Shown: in pieces, positions 47,569-56,963 of the stretch
How the letters are laid out: each line of letters starts with the position of its first letter
How positions within the stretch are numbered: position 1 is the first letter of the stretch
IMG/VR virus record: IMGVR_UViG_3300036668_000172
Span: 1 to 64,000 of that record
DNA: 64,000 nucleotides
From: a virus
Reading direction: 5' to 3' (one strand)
Program-made: the position numbers and the translations under genes
The notes under the pieces: model-generated
What the model was told of the DNA's origin: nothing
Database searches by the model: none
What the model saw: the letters and a program-made list of their open reading frames with translations, nothing else

Positions 47569-48930
47569 ATGTACGCAACACTTATACTCAGCCAGTCTCC
47601 TTACGGTGTAAGACAGACTGCTATCATCCCTACGCCATCAGGCGAAGTAAGAATAATGTACCGCTGTGGCTTTGGTCGTGGCTTAGGTGCAACTTGGATA
47701 GAGACTGCACCTGATGTAGATGCAATGCAAGAGCTCACACTCAATGCACCTGTGTCTTTGCTTATGACAGGAGCGCACTTACGTGACGTAGACTTCCTAG
47801 GTCGTACGCCAAACAACGTGCTACAAGCACTAGGTAAGCGCATCAGTACTAGCTTTGTCCCTAGTGTAGCTACCTTGCAAGAGGTGCACGACACAGTTAT
47901 GTCACTTGCAACTACCAACCCTGTGTCCCTCAGCAAGTTTGCACACAAGCAGATGACTGTTGTCACAGTGCCACCAGTAGTAGCACCTGTATTACAAGCT
48001 GTAATAGAGCCTGTAGTACAAGATGTACCAGAGCCGATTGCAGAGGTAGACCAGCTAGTTGTACCGACGCTATCCGCTAATCCTGCAAGCTCCACTGCAC
48101 GTAGCCTCAACATCCTCAATGTTCCAGAAGTTACCAGCTATCACGAACGTACCTTCGAGGACATTCCAGAGACCAAGGTGTACGACGTAGCTACCAAGAC
48201 ACAGCAAGCTGTGTTGCTTACAGGTGATGCAGGTACAGGCAAGACATCCAGTGCACGTAACTGTGCCGCTAGGCGTCAAGTACCGTTTGTAGTTATCGAG
48301 TGCACTCAGCAGATTGACAGCTCAATCATTCAAGGTAGGTTCGTACCAGAGGAAGACGGCAAGTCAGTCAAGTGGGTATACAGCCAACTAGCTACAGCAG
48401 TACAGCAGCCTTCTGTAATCCTGTTCAATGAGCTGACACGTATGTCTCCCAAGTCTGCTTCGTTGTTCTTGCGACTATTGCAAGAGCGTGAGTTGTTCAT
48501 CGAGCCATTCAATGAAGTAATCAAGCTACATCCTGAGTGCCTCATCATTGCAGATGCCAACGTAGGTACGTCATACAACGGCACCATGAGACAAGACGGT
48601 GCACTCATTGACCGCTTCAACATCAAGCTCAACTTTGTTTACGATGCAGACCTTGAAGCTAAGTTCCTTCCATACCCTGCACTGCTTGCGTTTGCTACAG
48701 GTATCCGCAAAGCATCAGCGCTAGGTATGGAAGACTTCAGTACTCCAATGTCTACTAGGTTGTTACAGAACTTTGCAATGCATGCCAACCACTTCAGTTG
48801 GGACTTTGCAGTTGCTAGGTTGCTTGCTAACTTCCCTACCGATACCAATGAGCGTGATGCAGTCAAGATGCGTCTTGATGCAGATGCCCCACGTATTGCC
48901 CAAGACTTCGGTGTTACTTTAAACCGATAG
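47569..48930 (+). CDS. MoxR/CbbQ/CobS-like AAA+ ATPase
   Basis: Walker A GDAGTGKT, Walker B VILFNE, ALIDRF, MSTR sensor II. Confidence 0.88.
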   Translation: MYATLILSQSPYGVRQTAIIPTPSGEVRIMYRCGFGRGLGATWIETAPDVDAMQELTLNAPVSLLMTGAHLRDVDFLGRTPNNVLQALGKRISTSFVPSVATLQEVHDTVMSLATTNPVSLSKFAHKQMTVVTVPPVVAPVLQAVIEPVVQDVPEPIAEVDQLVVPTLSANPASSTARSLNILNVPEVTSYHERTFEDIPETKVYDVATKTQQAVLLTGDAGTGKTSSARNCAARRQVPFVVIECTQQIDSSIIQGRFVPEEDGKSVKWVYSQLATAVQQPSVILFNELTRMSPKSASLFLRLLQERELFIEPFNEVIKLHPECLIIADANVGTSYNGTMRQDGALIDRFNIKLNFVYDADLEAKFLPYPALLAFATGIRKASALGMEDFSTPMSTRLLQNFAMHANHFSWDFAVARLLANFPTDTNERDAVKMRLDADAPRIAQDFGVTLNR

Positions 48931-48954
48931 CCAACCCAAAGATAGGAGAGCACA

Positions 48955-50781
48955 ATGAATTACACAGTAAGTAACTCTGTTATAAGCAAAGACACTATTC
49001 AAGATATGCACGCTGGCAAGCTTCAGTCTTCCATGGCTAAGTTCGCTCGCTCCATGGCCTTGCGGTCAGTGCAAGTCAATGTCAAAAGGTATCAGCATGA
49101 CTACATGCCTGACGCACCTGCATGGTCTGATGACCACACCATACACATCGCTCATGACAAAGACACAGGCAACATAGGGTCAGCTGACAATATCATCAGG
49201 CTCAAGGGGTTGCTGATACATGAGCTATCTCACGTGCTGTTTACCCCTCGCTCCAAGACTGCCTTAGTCAAGTGGGTGCGTGACAATCGCTTGTGGAATG
49301 CCTTCAACATCCTTGAGGACAACCGCATTGAGAACCTTATGGTTGCCAACATGTCTGGTGTCAAGCCTTGGTTAGTACACACCGTTACAACTGAGCTAAT
49401 CAAGACTGCACCTATTCAAGCTAACTCACTGCTACCGCTAGTGTGGGGACGCAAGTACCTGCCATTAGAGATACGCATGGCCGCACTTGATACGTGGAGA
49501 GTTCTCAATGCAGATGACATTACTGCACTGTTAGACGAGTACATTACACTCAACCTCCAACACAAACCAGACATATTACGAGCTACAGTAATCATAGGCA
49601 AGTTCTCTTCGGCACTACAGGAAGAGCAGGACCTTGATGGCAAGCCTCCTGTTGGGTCTATACACCATGGCACCACCTCGGAGACCGCTCCAGATAGCAA
49701 GGCAGACTCTCAACCCATGAGTAAAGCTCAGCAAGACAAGCTGCTTGATAAAGTAGAAGATGATAGTACACAGCCATCAAGTGATGATAGTGATGAGAGT
49801 AGTGCGAGTAGTGAGAGTGGTGCGAGTACTAGCTCTGGCAAGACTTTGGCTGAGCAACTACAAGATGCAGCAGACGCAGCAATGGACACGCTATTAGAGG
49901 ATGTAAAAAGCACTGTACAGTCTGTAAAAGAGTCTTCTGAGCCTGTAAATGTCATGGGTGACGATTCGGTATCTTCAAGAGAGAGCGACCAGCTCATCAA
50001 TCGAGTACCTGAGTACTCCAAGAAGCTTGAGACGCCTAGTGCTGATGCCCTGATAGCTTCAAGGCAGTTTGCTAAAGAGCTAACGGAGTTGCGTACTCAG
50101 CACGACCCAGGATGGATGCGGCGCTCAGACCAAGGTCGCCTAAACGTCAAGGACTTCATGTTGGGCACTGACTTAGAGGAAGCCTTTGACCAGTGGTCAG
50201 AAGGTAACCAAGATGTTACAGACATCGAATGCGTAGTGCTTCTCGACAACTCAGGTTCAATGGAAGACATGATTACCCCTGCTTACGAAGCTATGTGGGC
50301 AGTCAAGCGCGGGCTGGATAGTGTGCAAGCTAGCACTACAGTAATTCAGTACGGTAGTCGTGGTGAGATTCTATACGGGCCCAACCAACGTGCTTCCAAC
50401 CAAGTACTTACTGCACGTCATGCAGGTAGTAGTGGTGGCACTGACCCTTTCTGGAGCTTAAAGAAAGCCCATGAAATCCTTGCTGACTCTACTCGTGCTA
50501 TCAAGATGATGATAGTCATTACAGATGGCTCGTGGGGAAGTGCCCTAGCATGCGAAGAAGCTATCCTAGCCATGCGTGGCAACGGTGTGCTAACTGGTCT
50601 GGTGTTCTTAGCTGACCCCAATCCTAGTACCCAATGGCAGTACAGCAAGACAGCAGAAAATGAAATCATTGTTGATGCTCACAAGTGTGAAGTAGCAGTC
50701 ATGTTGACTGCACCAAGACAGTTAGTTGACTTTGCCAAGGACATCACTAAACTAAGTCAGAAGAGAGTAGAGAGGGTATAA
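48955..50781 (+). CDS. VWA-domain partner protein (CobT-like) with N-terminal HExxH
   Basis: HELSH, FNILEDNRIE, acidic linker, MIDAS DNSGS, GGT, ITDG. Confidence 0.85.
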   Translation: MNYTVSNSVISKDTIQDMHAGKLQSSMAKFARSMALRSVQVNVKRYQHDYMPDAPAWSDDHTIHIAHDKDTGNIGSADNIIRLKGLLIHELSHVLFTPRSKTALVKWVRDNRLWNAFNILEDNRIENLMVANMSGVKPWLVHTVTTELIKTAPIQANSLLPLVWGRKYLPLEIRMAALDTWRVLNADDITALLDEYITLNLQHKPDILRATVIIGKFSSALQEEQDLDGKPPVGSIHHGTTSETAPDSKADSQPMSKAQQDKLLDKVEDDSTQPSSDDSDESSASSESGASTSSGKTLAEQLQDAADAAMDTLLEDVKSTVQSVKESSEPVNVMGDDSVSSRESDQLINRVPEYSKKLETPSADALIASRQFAKELTELRTQHDPGWMRRSDQGRLNVKDFMLGTDLEEAFDQWSEGNQDVTDIECVVLLDNSGSMEDMITPAYEAMWAVKRGLDSVQASTTVIQYGSRGEILYGPNQRASNQVLTARHAGSSGGTDPFWSLKKAHEILADSTRAIKMMIVITDGSWGSALACEEAILAMRGNGVLTGLVFLADPNPSTQWQYSKTAENEIIVDAHKCEVAVMLTAPRQLVDFAKDITKLSQKRVERV

Positions 50782-50782
50782 C

Positions 50783-51689
50783 ATGAATGCAGAATACTAC
50801 TGCATGTTTTGTGAGGAGTTTGTTTACTCGCAAGACGTTGCAATAAAGTGTTACAAATGCAAAGAGTACAAGGGACTAATCCCTGTGTCAGAAGCACCAA
50901 TGAATGAGGAGGATAACTAATGGGATACAAAGTAGGAGCAGAAATAGCAGATTCAAATCTAGACATAGAAGCCAAGATGGCGTGGCACCTTACAGGTAAC
51001 CACGTACCACCAATAGACGAAGCGTTCGTTCCTGTAGCAGTGCAGGCAATAGAGCTTGCCAACACAAACAACTGGGATGAACTACTAGAGCTACCCAACG
51101 GACTAGAGCGCTCAGTAGCGTTCATAATAAATGGCATGCACCTAGAACCATTCGTTACTATCATTCCAACACCAAAAGATGAAGGAGACAACTAATGAAT
51201 AGATACCAAGTAGCAGTACTAGTTAAGTATCACGTGTCAGCAGACAACCTCGATGATGCTTGGGAGCTCATTGAAGTTGGGGCCGAGTTCCCTGTGACAC
51301 CATTTGATGATGAGACAAACGTCAGTAGCGTGCAGATTGTAAGTGTTATAGACCTATCAGACGTAGAAGAAGAAGAGGAGTGAGATGATGAGAGAGACAC
51401 TCGGAAGCGGATGGCCGTATATAATGACGATAATAGCCCTAGTAGTTTGGTGGGTTGGAAGTAATCTATGGAGGAAGAAATGAGTGAGTACTACGATGGA
51501 GGCTCCATGAGAGGCTCAGGCATAGATTCTATAGAAGTAGAATACGATGTATTTCAGTGCAATGATTGCGAGTTTGACAATCCAGAAGGGGTAGTCAACA
51601 CAGACGATTGGGGTAACTACGAAGTTACATGCAGTGAGTGCGGGTGGTTGTACACCGAGGGTAAGCGTTGGGCGTACTATGGCTCATAA
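50783..51689 (+). CDS. Small proteins (50783-50920 Zn ribbon; 50920-51195; 51195-51383 DpnD-like; 51468-51689 Zn ribbon)
   Basis: CxxC pairs; TAATG coupling. Confidence 0.6.
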
Positions 51690-51897
51690 AGAGTTATCAC
51701 ATCTGATAAAACAAGCAGAGTCACAAGGCTGGGTAGTTTCCCACTTAAAAGGTGGCCACTTAAAGTGGGTGTCACCTATAAGCGGTAGGGCAGTGTTTAG
51801 TGGGTTCAGCCCATCAGACAAAAGAGCTGTCAAAAATATAGTAAGGGAGTTACGCATAAGCGGCTTCCTCATAATCAAACAGAAAGGGACAAAATGA
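51679..51897 (+). CDS. HicA-like (dsRBD-fold) protein
   Basis: LIKQAESQGWVV..KGGHLKW..P..TPS-like SPSD.RA..N..RELR..GF. Confidence 0.65.
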   Translation: MAHKELSHLIKQAESQGWVVSHLKGGHLKWVSPISGRAVFSGFSPSDKRAVKNIVRELRISGFLIIKQKGTK

Positions 51898-52214
51898 CAA
51901 CAAAGAAATTCCGTACAGGTAAAGCTGCAACAAAGAGCTTTTTACTACCAAGCTTTGACTTGGCACGAGCGCTGTGTGCTAAGGCAGACCCTGAGGTGTT
52001 CTTTCCTGATACAGGTGCGATGAGTGACGTCAAAGGTGCCAAAAGAATCTGTAACGCATGTGAGGTACAGGTTGACTGTCTTGAGTGGGCACTGAAGAAC
52101 GAAGAGGAATACGGCATCTGGGGAGGGCTTACAGCTGCCGAGAGACGTCGCCTAAGTCGTGCACGTAAAAGGTATCAAGTTGTGCAAGTACCTGCCCCTA
52201 AAGTAAGAAAGTAA
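51894..52214 (+). CDS. whiB: WhiB-family transcription factor
   Basis: ALC...DPEVFFP...AKRICNACEVQVDCLEWAL...YGIWGGLTAAERRRL. Confidence 0.95.
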   Translation: MTTKKFRTGKAATKSFLLPSFDLARALCAKADPEVFFPDTGAMSDVKGAKRICNACEVQVDCLEWALKNEEEYGIWGGLTAAERRRLSRARKRYQVVQVPAPKVRK

Positions 52215-52238
52215 ACCAGCTTCAACACAAACATTTGC

Positions 52239-52268
52239 GGGTCCACCTAGTTGCTTATAGGTGGGCCC
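52239..52268 (+). terminator. Terminator at the convergence of the two transcription blocks
   Basis: GGGTCCACCTA/TAGGTGGGCCC followed by CTTGTT. Confidence 0.65.
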
Positions 52269-52283
52269 CTTGTTATCTACTAA

Positions 52284-53783
52284 CTAGTCTTCTAACGATG
52301 TCTTAATAATTCGGGTAGTTTGCTGTTCATCTAAGGGCTGTTGCATCTCCCTTAAAGCCGACGCTTTGTCGCCAAATATAGCGCTCAAAACCCCTCCAGA
52401 AGTCTGCCTGCTGGCAGTGATGCTGACGAACTCTTTATTGCTTTCTAGGTCCTTCATATTAGCGACCAGTTTAAACAACCTGTCTACTTCTTGAGACACG
52501 TTCGGGTCGGCGTAGCCGCCGTTCATTTCTTCGGCAAATCGCATGAACGCTACCCTCTGACCTTGCATCTCTATAATAGTGGTCAGCAAATCTTTTAATT
52601 GTTCTCTGGTTTTAACCTCTACTGGCAGGTTAAATGCGCACGTGTTATCTGGCTTAAATGCAGGACAATTTGCTGCGACAAAACACGTATTACACTGTCT
52701 TAATGAGGTCTGTTGTGAGCGTACTACTGACACCTGTTTTAGGACATCTTTACCGTCCTCATCCTTGTCTACAATAGTCTTCGACTCAAACCCAAAAATA
52801 GGTAAATTAACCTTTTCTAGTGGGTCTCTGGCTATTACTTTTTTCCGCTCTTCTACCCCCTTGTTAGTAGAACCTACCCCACCCATTTCCATTAAACCTG
52901 TGTATAGGGTATCCTCGTTGTTATCTACTAACATCTCATCTTTGGAGGGTAAACCACCTTTTATGACTCTTAAATCTGGCTTATCTTTATCCATTTTGGC
53001 CTCTAACTGTAAATATGACCACACTGCTAACTTGGTGGCCTCTGTTGTGTCATCATCTACGAACTTCTTAAAATCTAAACTTGCCTTTTCCACGACGTTC
53101 TTGTATCGTAATCGGGCTTGGTCTTTCATCTTCTTTGGATACCGCACCAGTTTGGTGCCGTCCCATACAATGGTCTCACCTCTACGCATTGGTGATAACC
53201 AACTCAATGTGCTGGCTGTGTCGAATGGAATCTGTCGTAAGTTATCTGGCTTTGCTGTTCCTAATGCATGAAACTTCACGTCATTATTTGCTTTTAGGCT
53301 TCTAGTTAATCCTGCTAATGCTGGGACATTTTCAATTACTGAACCAGGTATTGCGATGTTCTCGTACTCCTGTGCCCACCTCTGTAATAATAAGGTGTTA
53401 TACGATTCGTGCCATACTACCCACATCTTTGGGTCGTTCTCGAATGCCGCACGTTCCTGTTGAATTCTAATTAATCCCCACTGCTGGGAGTCAAACTCAG
53501 TCCAACCCTCTATTCTGTCGTAATTTAACGCTATAAAATCTTGATAGTTGGCGGCGTACTCTTCCATCTCCCTGGCACTCAATCCTGCTTTATCTGCCTG
53601 GACTGCGCCTGAATCTACCCATACTTTCATGTCAGAATAGAATCGTTCACCAATTAAATAGTCTTTGGTCTTGGGTAATCCCCTCTTACACAATCCCCAA
53701 TAATTTAACATGACGTGAGTGACGCCATTCTTTTCTAATAACGTTCGGTTACTCGGAATCTCTACCCCGCCGAAGATAATCAA
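52284..53783 (-). CDS. TGT/DpdA-like transglycosylase-fold protein with a C-terminal Cys cluster
   Basis: VDSGA, WTEFD, VVWH, NIAIPG, KFHALG, PFDTASTLSW; CNTCFVAANC...TC. Confidence 0.55.
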   Translation of the reverse strand: MIIFGGVEIPSNRTLLEKNGVTHVMLNYWGLCKRGLPKTKDYLIGERFYSDMKVWVDSGAVQADKAGLSAREMEEYAANYQDFIALNYDRIEGWTEFDSQQWGLIRIQQERAAFENDPKMWVVWHESYNTLLLQRWAQEYENIAIPGSVIENVPALAGLTRSLKANNDVKFHALGTAKPDNLRQIPFDTASTLSWLSPMRRGETIVWDGTKLVRYPKKMKDQARLRYKNVVEKASLDFKKFVDDDTTEATKLAVWSYLQLEAKMDKDKPDLRVIKGGLPSKDEMLVDNNEDTLYTGLMEMGGVGSTNKGVEERKKVIARDPLEKVNLPIFGFESKTIVDKDEDGKDVLKQVSVVRSQQTSLRQCNTCFVAANCPAFKPDNTCAFNLPVEVKTREQLKDLLTTIIEMQGQRVAFMRFAEEMNGGYADPNVSQEVDRLFKLVANMKDLESNKEFVSITASRQTSGGVLSAIFGDKASALREMQQPLDEQQTTRIIKTSLED

Positions 53784-54271
53784 TCTCCGAACCTAACCGT
53801 TTCCGTGCGTATTATACGCCTGTCCTTGGTCATCATTTCATTTTGTTTTGCAACTGAGGCTGCGATGTCATCCCATGACCGAACTGACTTTGGTGCATCT
53901 GGGCGGAACTCTGGCCGCAAATAACCTGGAACTCCGAACATCAGGCTTGGAATACCTAAATCAAATGCAACTGCCCATAATGCTGGGTCTGACGTTATAA
54001 ATAGGTCTACTACGCTTTTTGCTCTGGCCAATTTGAGCTGCCTTGGCTTCAGCGGGTCGCCGTCAATTCCAACAGATGCGTCTATCATGTTGTCGTAATC
54101 TACGATTTTATTCTGGTTTATCCACTGCTGAGCATGGTTTGGGCTCAGGTCTGTAATAAACGAAATCTTGTTGTATGCGCTCAATGCTCCAGTGATGAGA
54201 ATCCCTTGTGGGATTGGCTCGTCGTTCCTGTAACCTCTTAATACGCCGTCTAAATCTATAACTATATGCAT
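53780..54271 (-). CDS. HAD-superfamily-like protein (leaderless)
   Basis: IVIDLDGVL motif I; -10 TAGTAT 7 nt before the ATG. Confidence 0.55.
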   Translation of the reverse strand: MHIVIDLDGVLRGYRNDEPIPQGILITGALSAYNKISFITDLSPNHAQQWINQNKIVDYDNMIDASVGIDGDPLKPRQLKLARAKSVVDLFITSDPALWAVAFDLGIPSLMFGVPGYLRPEFRPDAPKSVRSWDDIAASVAKQNEMMTKDRRIIRTETVRFGD

Positions 54272-54274
54272 GTT

Positions 54275-55153
54275 TTAAATACTAGTACGGTATGTCGCTG
54301 CTCGTCTTATCAAAGTTCTTGTGTCTGGAATTACTGGTCGGTCGGCTTCCCCGTAATCTCTGACTTTCTTCAACAACTGAACTGCGCCCGTGCTCTTGCC
54401 GCCTTGCCAGCGGTAGTTATGGAAATCATAATAACCTTCACCACCTGTAGTAAAGGCTTGATGACGACCACCATGTATTTCACCAAACAATGCTTCGGCC
54501 TGCTGCTGTGCAGCGGCCATCCTGACCTCAGCATTTCTCCTGTTAGCATCTGCGTGCGAGGTCTGAACATCGTTCAACGCTGATGTAAATCTAGTATGAA
54601 CCTGTATCGCTGTTCTAGAGTCGCCTTCGACTACCATTTGCCACGCTGGGTTGTCGGGTGCCTGCTGTGCGGGGTCTGGTGCGACTGTCCACTCATCGTA
54701 TTTTAGGTCATACGCAGCGTAAGGGTTGATTGACTTAATGTTCTCAGCACCTGGATTTACGTAAAAGGTTAGCTCGTAACCATTCCAGTCTTCGGTATTG
54801 GGCTGAAGCAGGCTGCGGAACAACTCGTTTATCATGTCCGCGATTTCTGCGTCTAACAGACCAGAATACTCTGGGTTGGCTTTACGGAATTGAATACTGT
54901 TTATACCCACTAAACAGTCGAGGTCACTTGGCTTCCTGGCCGCTGACCACTGATAACTAACGCCTGAACCCGCTAACCACGCATGTGACCATAACTCTGA
55001 ATGACGATACTCGCGGTTAAAGAAATCAGCGAGCAGTTGCAAGATACCTTGACGAACCCAACTCTTTAGGTTTCTACCTTCAAACAGGATGGGGTCAAGA
55101 CTTTGCGACGGCTCGCTGAAATACGAAGTGGAGTACATACCTAGACCAGACAT
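54275..55153 (-). CDS. Nucleotidyltransferase-fold protein (leaderless)
   Basis: LAGSGVSYQW...SDLDCLV (GS..DxD); -10 TAGACT 6 nt before the ATG. Confidence 0.65.
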   Translation of the reverse strand: MSGLGMYSTSYFSEPSQSLDPILFEGRNLKSWVRQGILQLLADFFNREYRHSELWSHAWLAGSGVSYQWSAARKPSDLDCLVGINSIQFRKANPEYSGLLDAEIADMINELFRSLLQPNTEDWNGYELTFYVNPGAENIKSINPYAAYDLKYDEWTVAPDPAQQAPDNPAWQMVVEGDSRTAIQVHTRFTSALNDVQTSHADANRRNAEVRMAAAQQQAEALFGEIHGGRHQAFTTGGEGYYDFHNYRWQGGKSTGAVQLLKKVRDYGEADRPVIPDTRTLIRRAATYRTSI

Positions 55154-55174
55154 ACATCTAGTCTAAGGTGTTAT

Positions 55175-56963
55175 CTACTTAGATTCTGGCTTAATGCCAC
55201 GTTCCTTTAATGCGGATGCAATCTTCTCTGCTGTGCTTGGCTGGTTATCTATACCCAAACGCTCAGTTAATACGTCCGCAACCTTCTGGGCTAGGATGGT
55301 TGATTCAAACTCATCAACAATCTGCTTACAGGTTTGATAGATATCAAAATTGTTTACTGGCCTATCTACCTCAATACCTTCATCTGGCATTGTGGGTAGG
55401 GTGGTGATTTTTCCGTCTGGGGTTGTTGCTGCTATAAAAAAGACTTCTGCCTTCATTTGTACATGCCTCTCATTGCTCGTTTTTTAGTGGTCGCTACGCT
55501 GTGGAATGGGCAGAAATGGCACAGGTACACCTTCGGTGCTCCTGAACTTGCTGGGTCTGGTAACCCCAACTCCATGCGTTCTTTATCTGTCTTCGGTAAC
55601 AGACGCTTTGCTTCGGATTCGTAGTCGGGACATCCTGGGTCTGATGGTCGCAAATGGTAGTTGTAACACTCCATTGCGGACTCTGCAAACTCCATTTTAG
55701 AGTTGTAGAAGTTTTTATCTGGGTCTATCGCATCTAGACCCTCTGACCCGCCGCCCTTCAGCTGCTCGATGATTGCCTTGCGGCTCTCAACTTTTTCCCA
55801 TGTCTTAAATGGTAGTAGGAACATTTTGCCCATGTGGCGCTCGCCACTGGGAAACTCATGCTTTTCTAGGGTTAGCTCCAGCAGGACATCCGTCTCTGGT
55901 GGGCCGTCATGTGGAGGTAACTCGTCAATACTATTGCAAACTAGGCAATAGACTAAACGGATAACGGGCCCATCGTGGAATTCCCGTTTTCCAATTAGTG
56001 GGGCTTCAGACATTACTCAGCCTCCATGTGAGCAAACATCTTGGCCCAATAATCCTTGGTCCACTGTTCTGCTTCTTCATACTCTTTTGTACCCTTACGG
56101 GCAGCGAATCCAGGGCTGTTGATACCCATAGAACCTAGGTGGGGGGTTTCTTTCTTCTCCATAGTAATACTCCTTATCTTAGTACGTCTAATTTTAGTCT
56201 AGTGTACTACTTGCCTTCTGACGAGGTTTCTTGGGCCAACTTGGCTTTATTAGCTGCACGGGTTGCGGCAGACTTTTTAGCAGCGACTTGGCGCTTGCGC
56301 TTCTTTTCTAGCTCTGCTGCAATCTTTAGGTCAAGGCCTACCTCGGCTAGGAGGGCATTAGTTCGCTTAATTGTGTCATCAAGGTCTACAGTCATACTAA
56401 CTGGGCGTTCCCAGATAGTTCCGTCCTGTACCTTACCGTCGCTGTCCATATCTACAGCGATTAAATTCAGCTTGGCGTCTTTCTTGCCAAGTAGTCTGCT
56501 CCAGAATCCCATGTTATGCTCCTTATAATTAGTCGGGGTACTACTATCTTATACTACTTACCTGGATTGACCTGTTGGTCCTTAGGGTACTCTGATGTTG
56601 CAAAACCATATCCGTAGAACGGGTTGAGAGACTGGCGATTGTCTAGCGTCTCGTCGTGTCCGTGCATTTGGCTTACTTCTGTGTTCGGACGAATTTTACG
56701 GTACTTACCGTCTGTTGCGCCTTCACCTAAACCGTCGTTCATTGAACGTGATGTGTTAACTGCCATTAGGCCATCTTACCTTTCACTCGTTGTGCAGTTC
56801 TTTTGTTGCTGCACTGATTACAAATACCGTTGTACATATACTCAATCGGGTTTAAAACAACACCACACTGCGGACAAGGGTGTGACCCTCTATACATTGT
56901 AGCGTTTTCTGCCACTATGTACGCCTGTAACTCTAGGGTCTCTGCTCCGTCGTTGTCGAACAT
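55175..56963 (-). CDS. Hypothetical proteins (55175-55456; 55453-56013 Cys/His-rich; 56207-56512; 56554-56766; 56766-56963 Zn ribbon)
   Basis: ORF track; coupled starts and stops. Confidence 0.6.
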
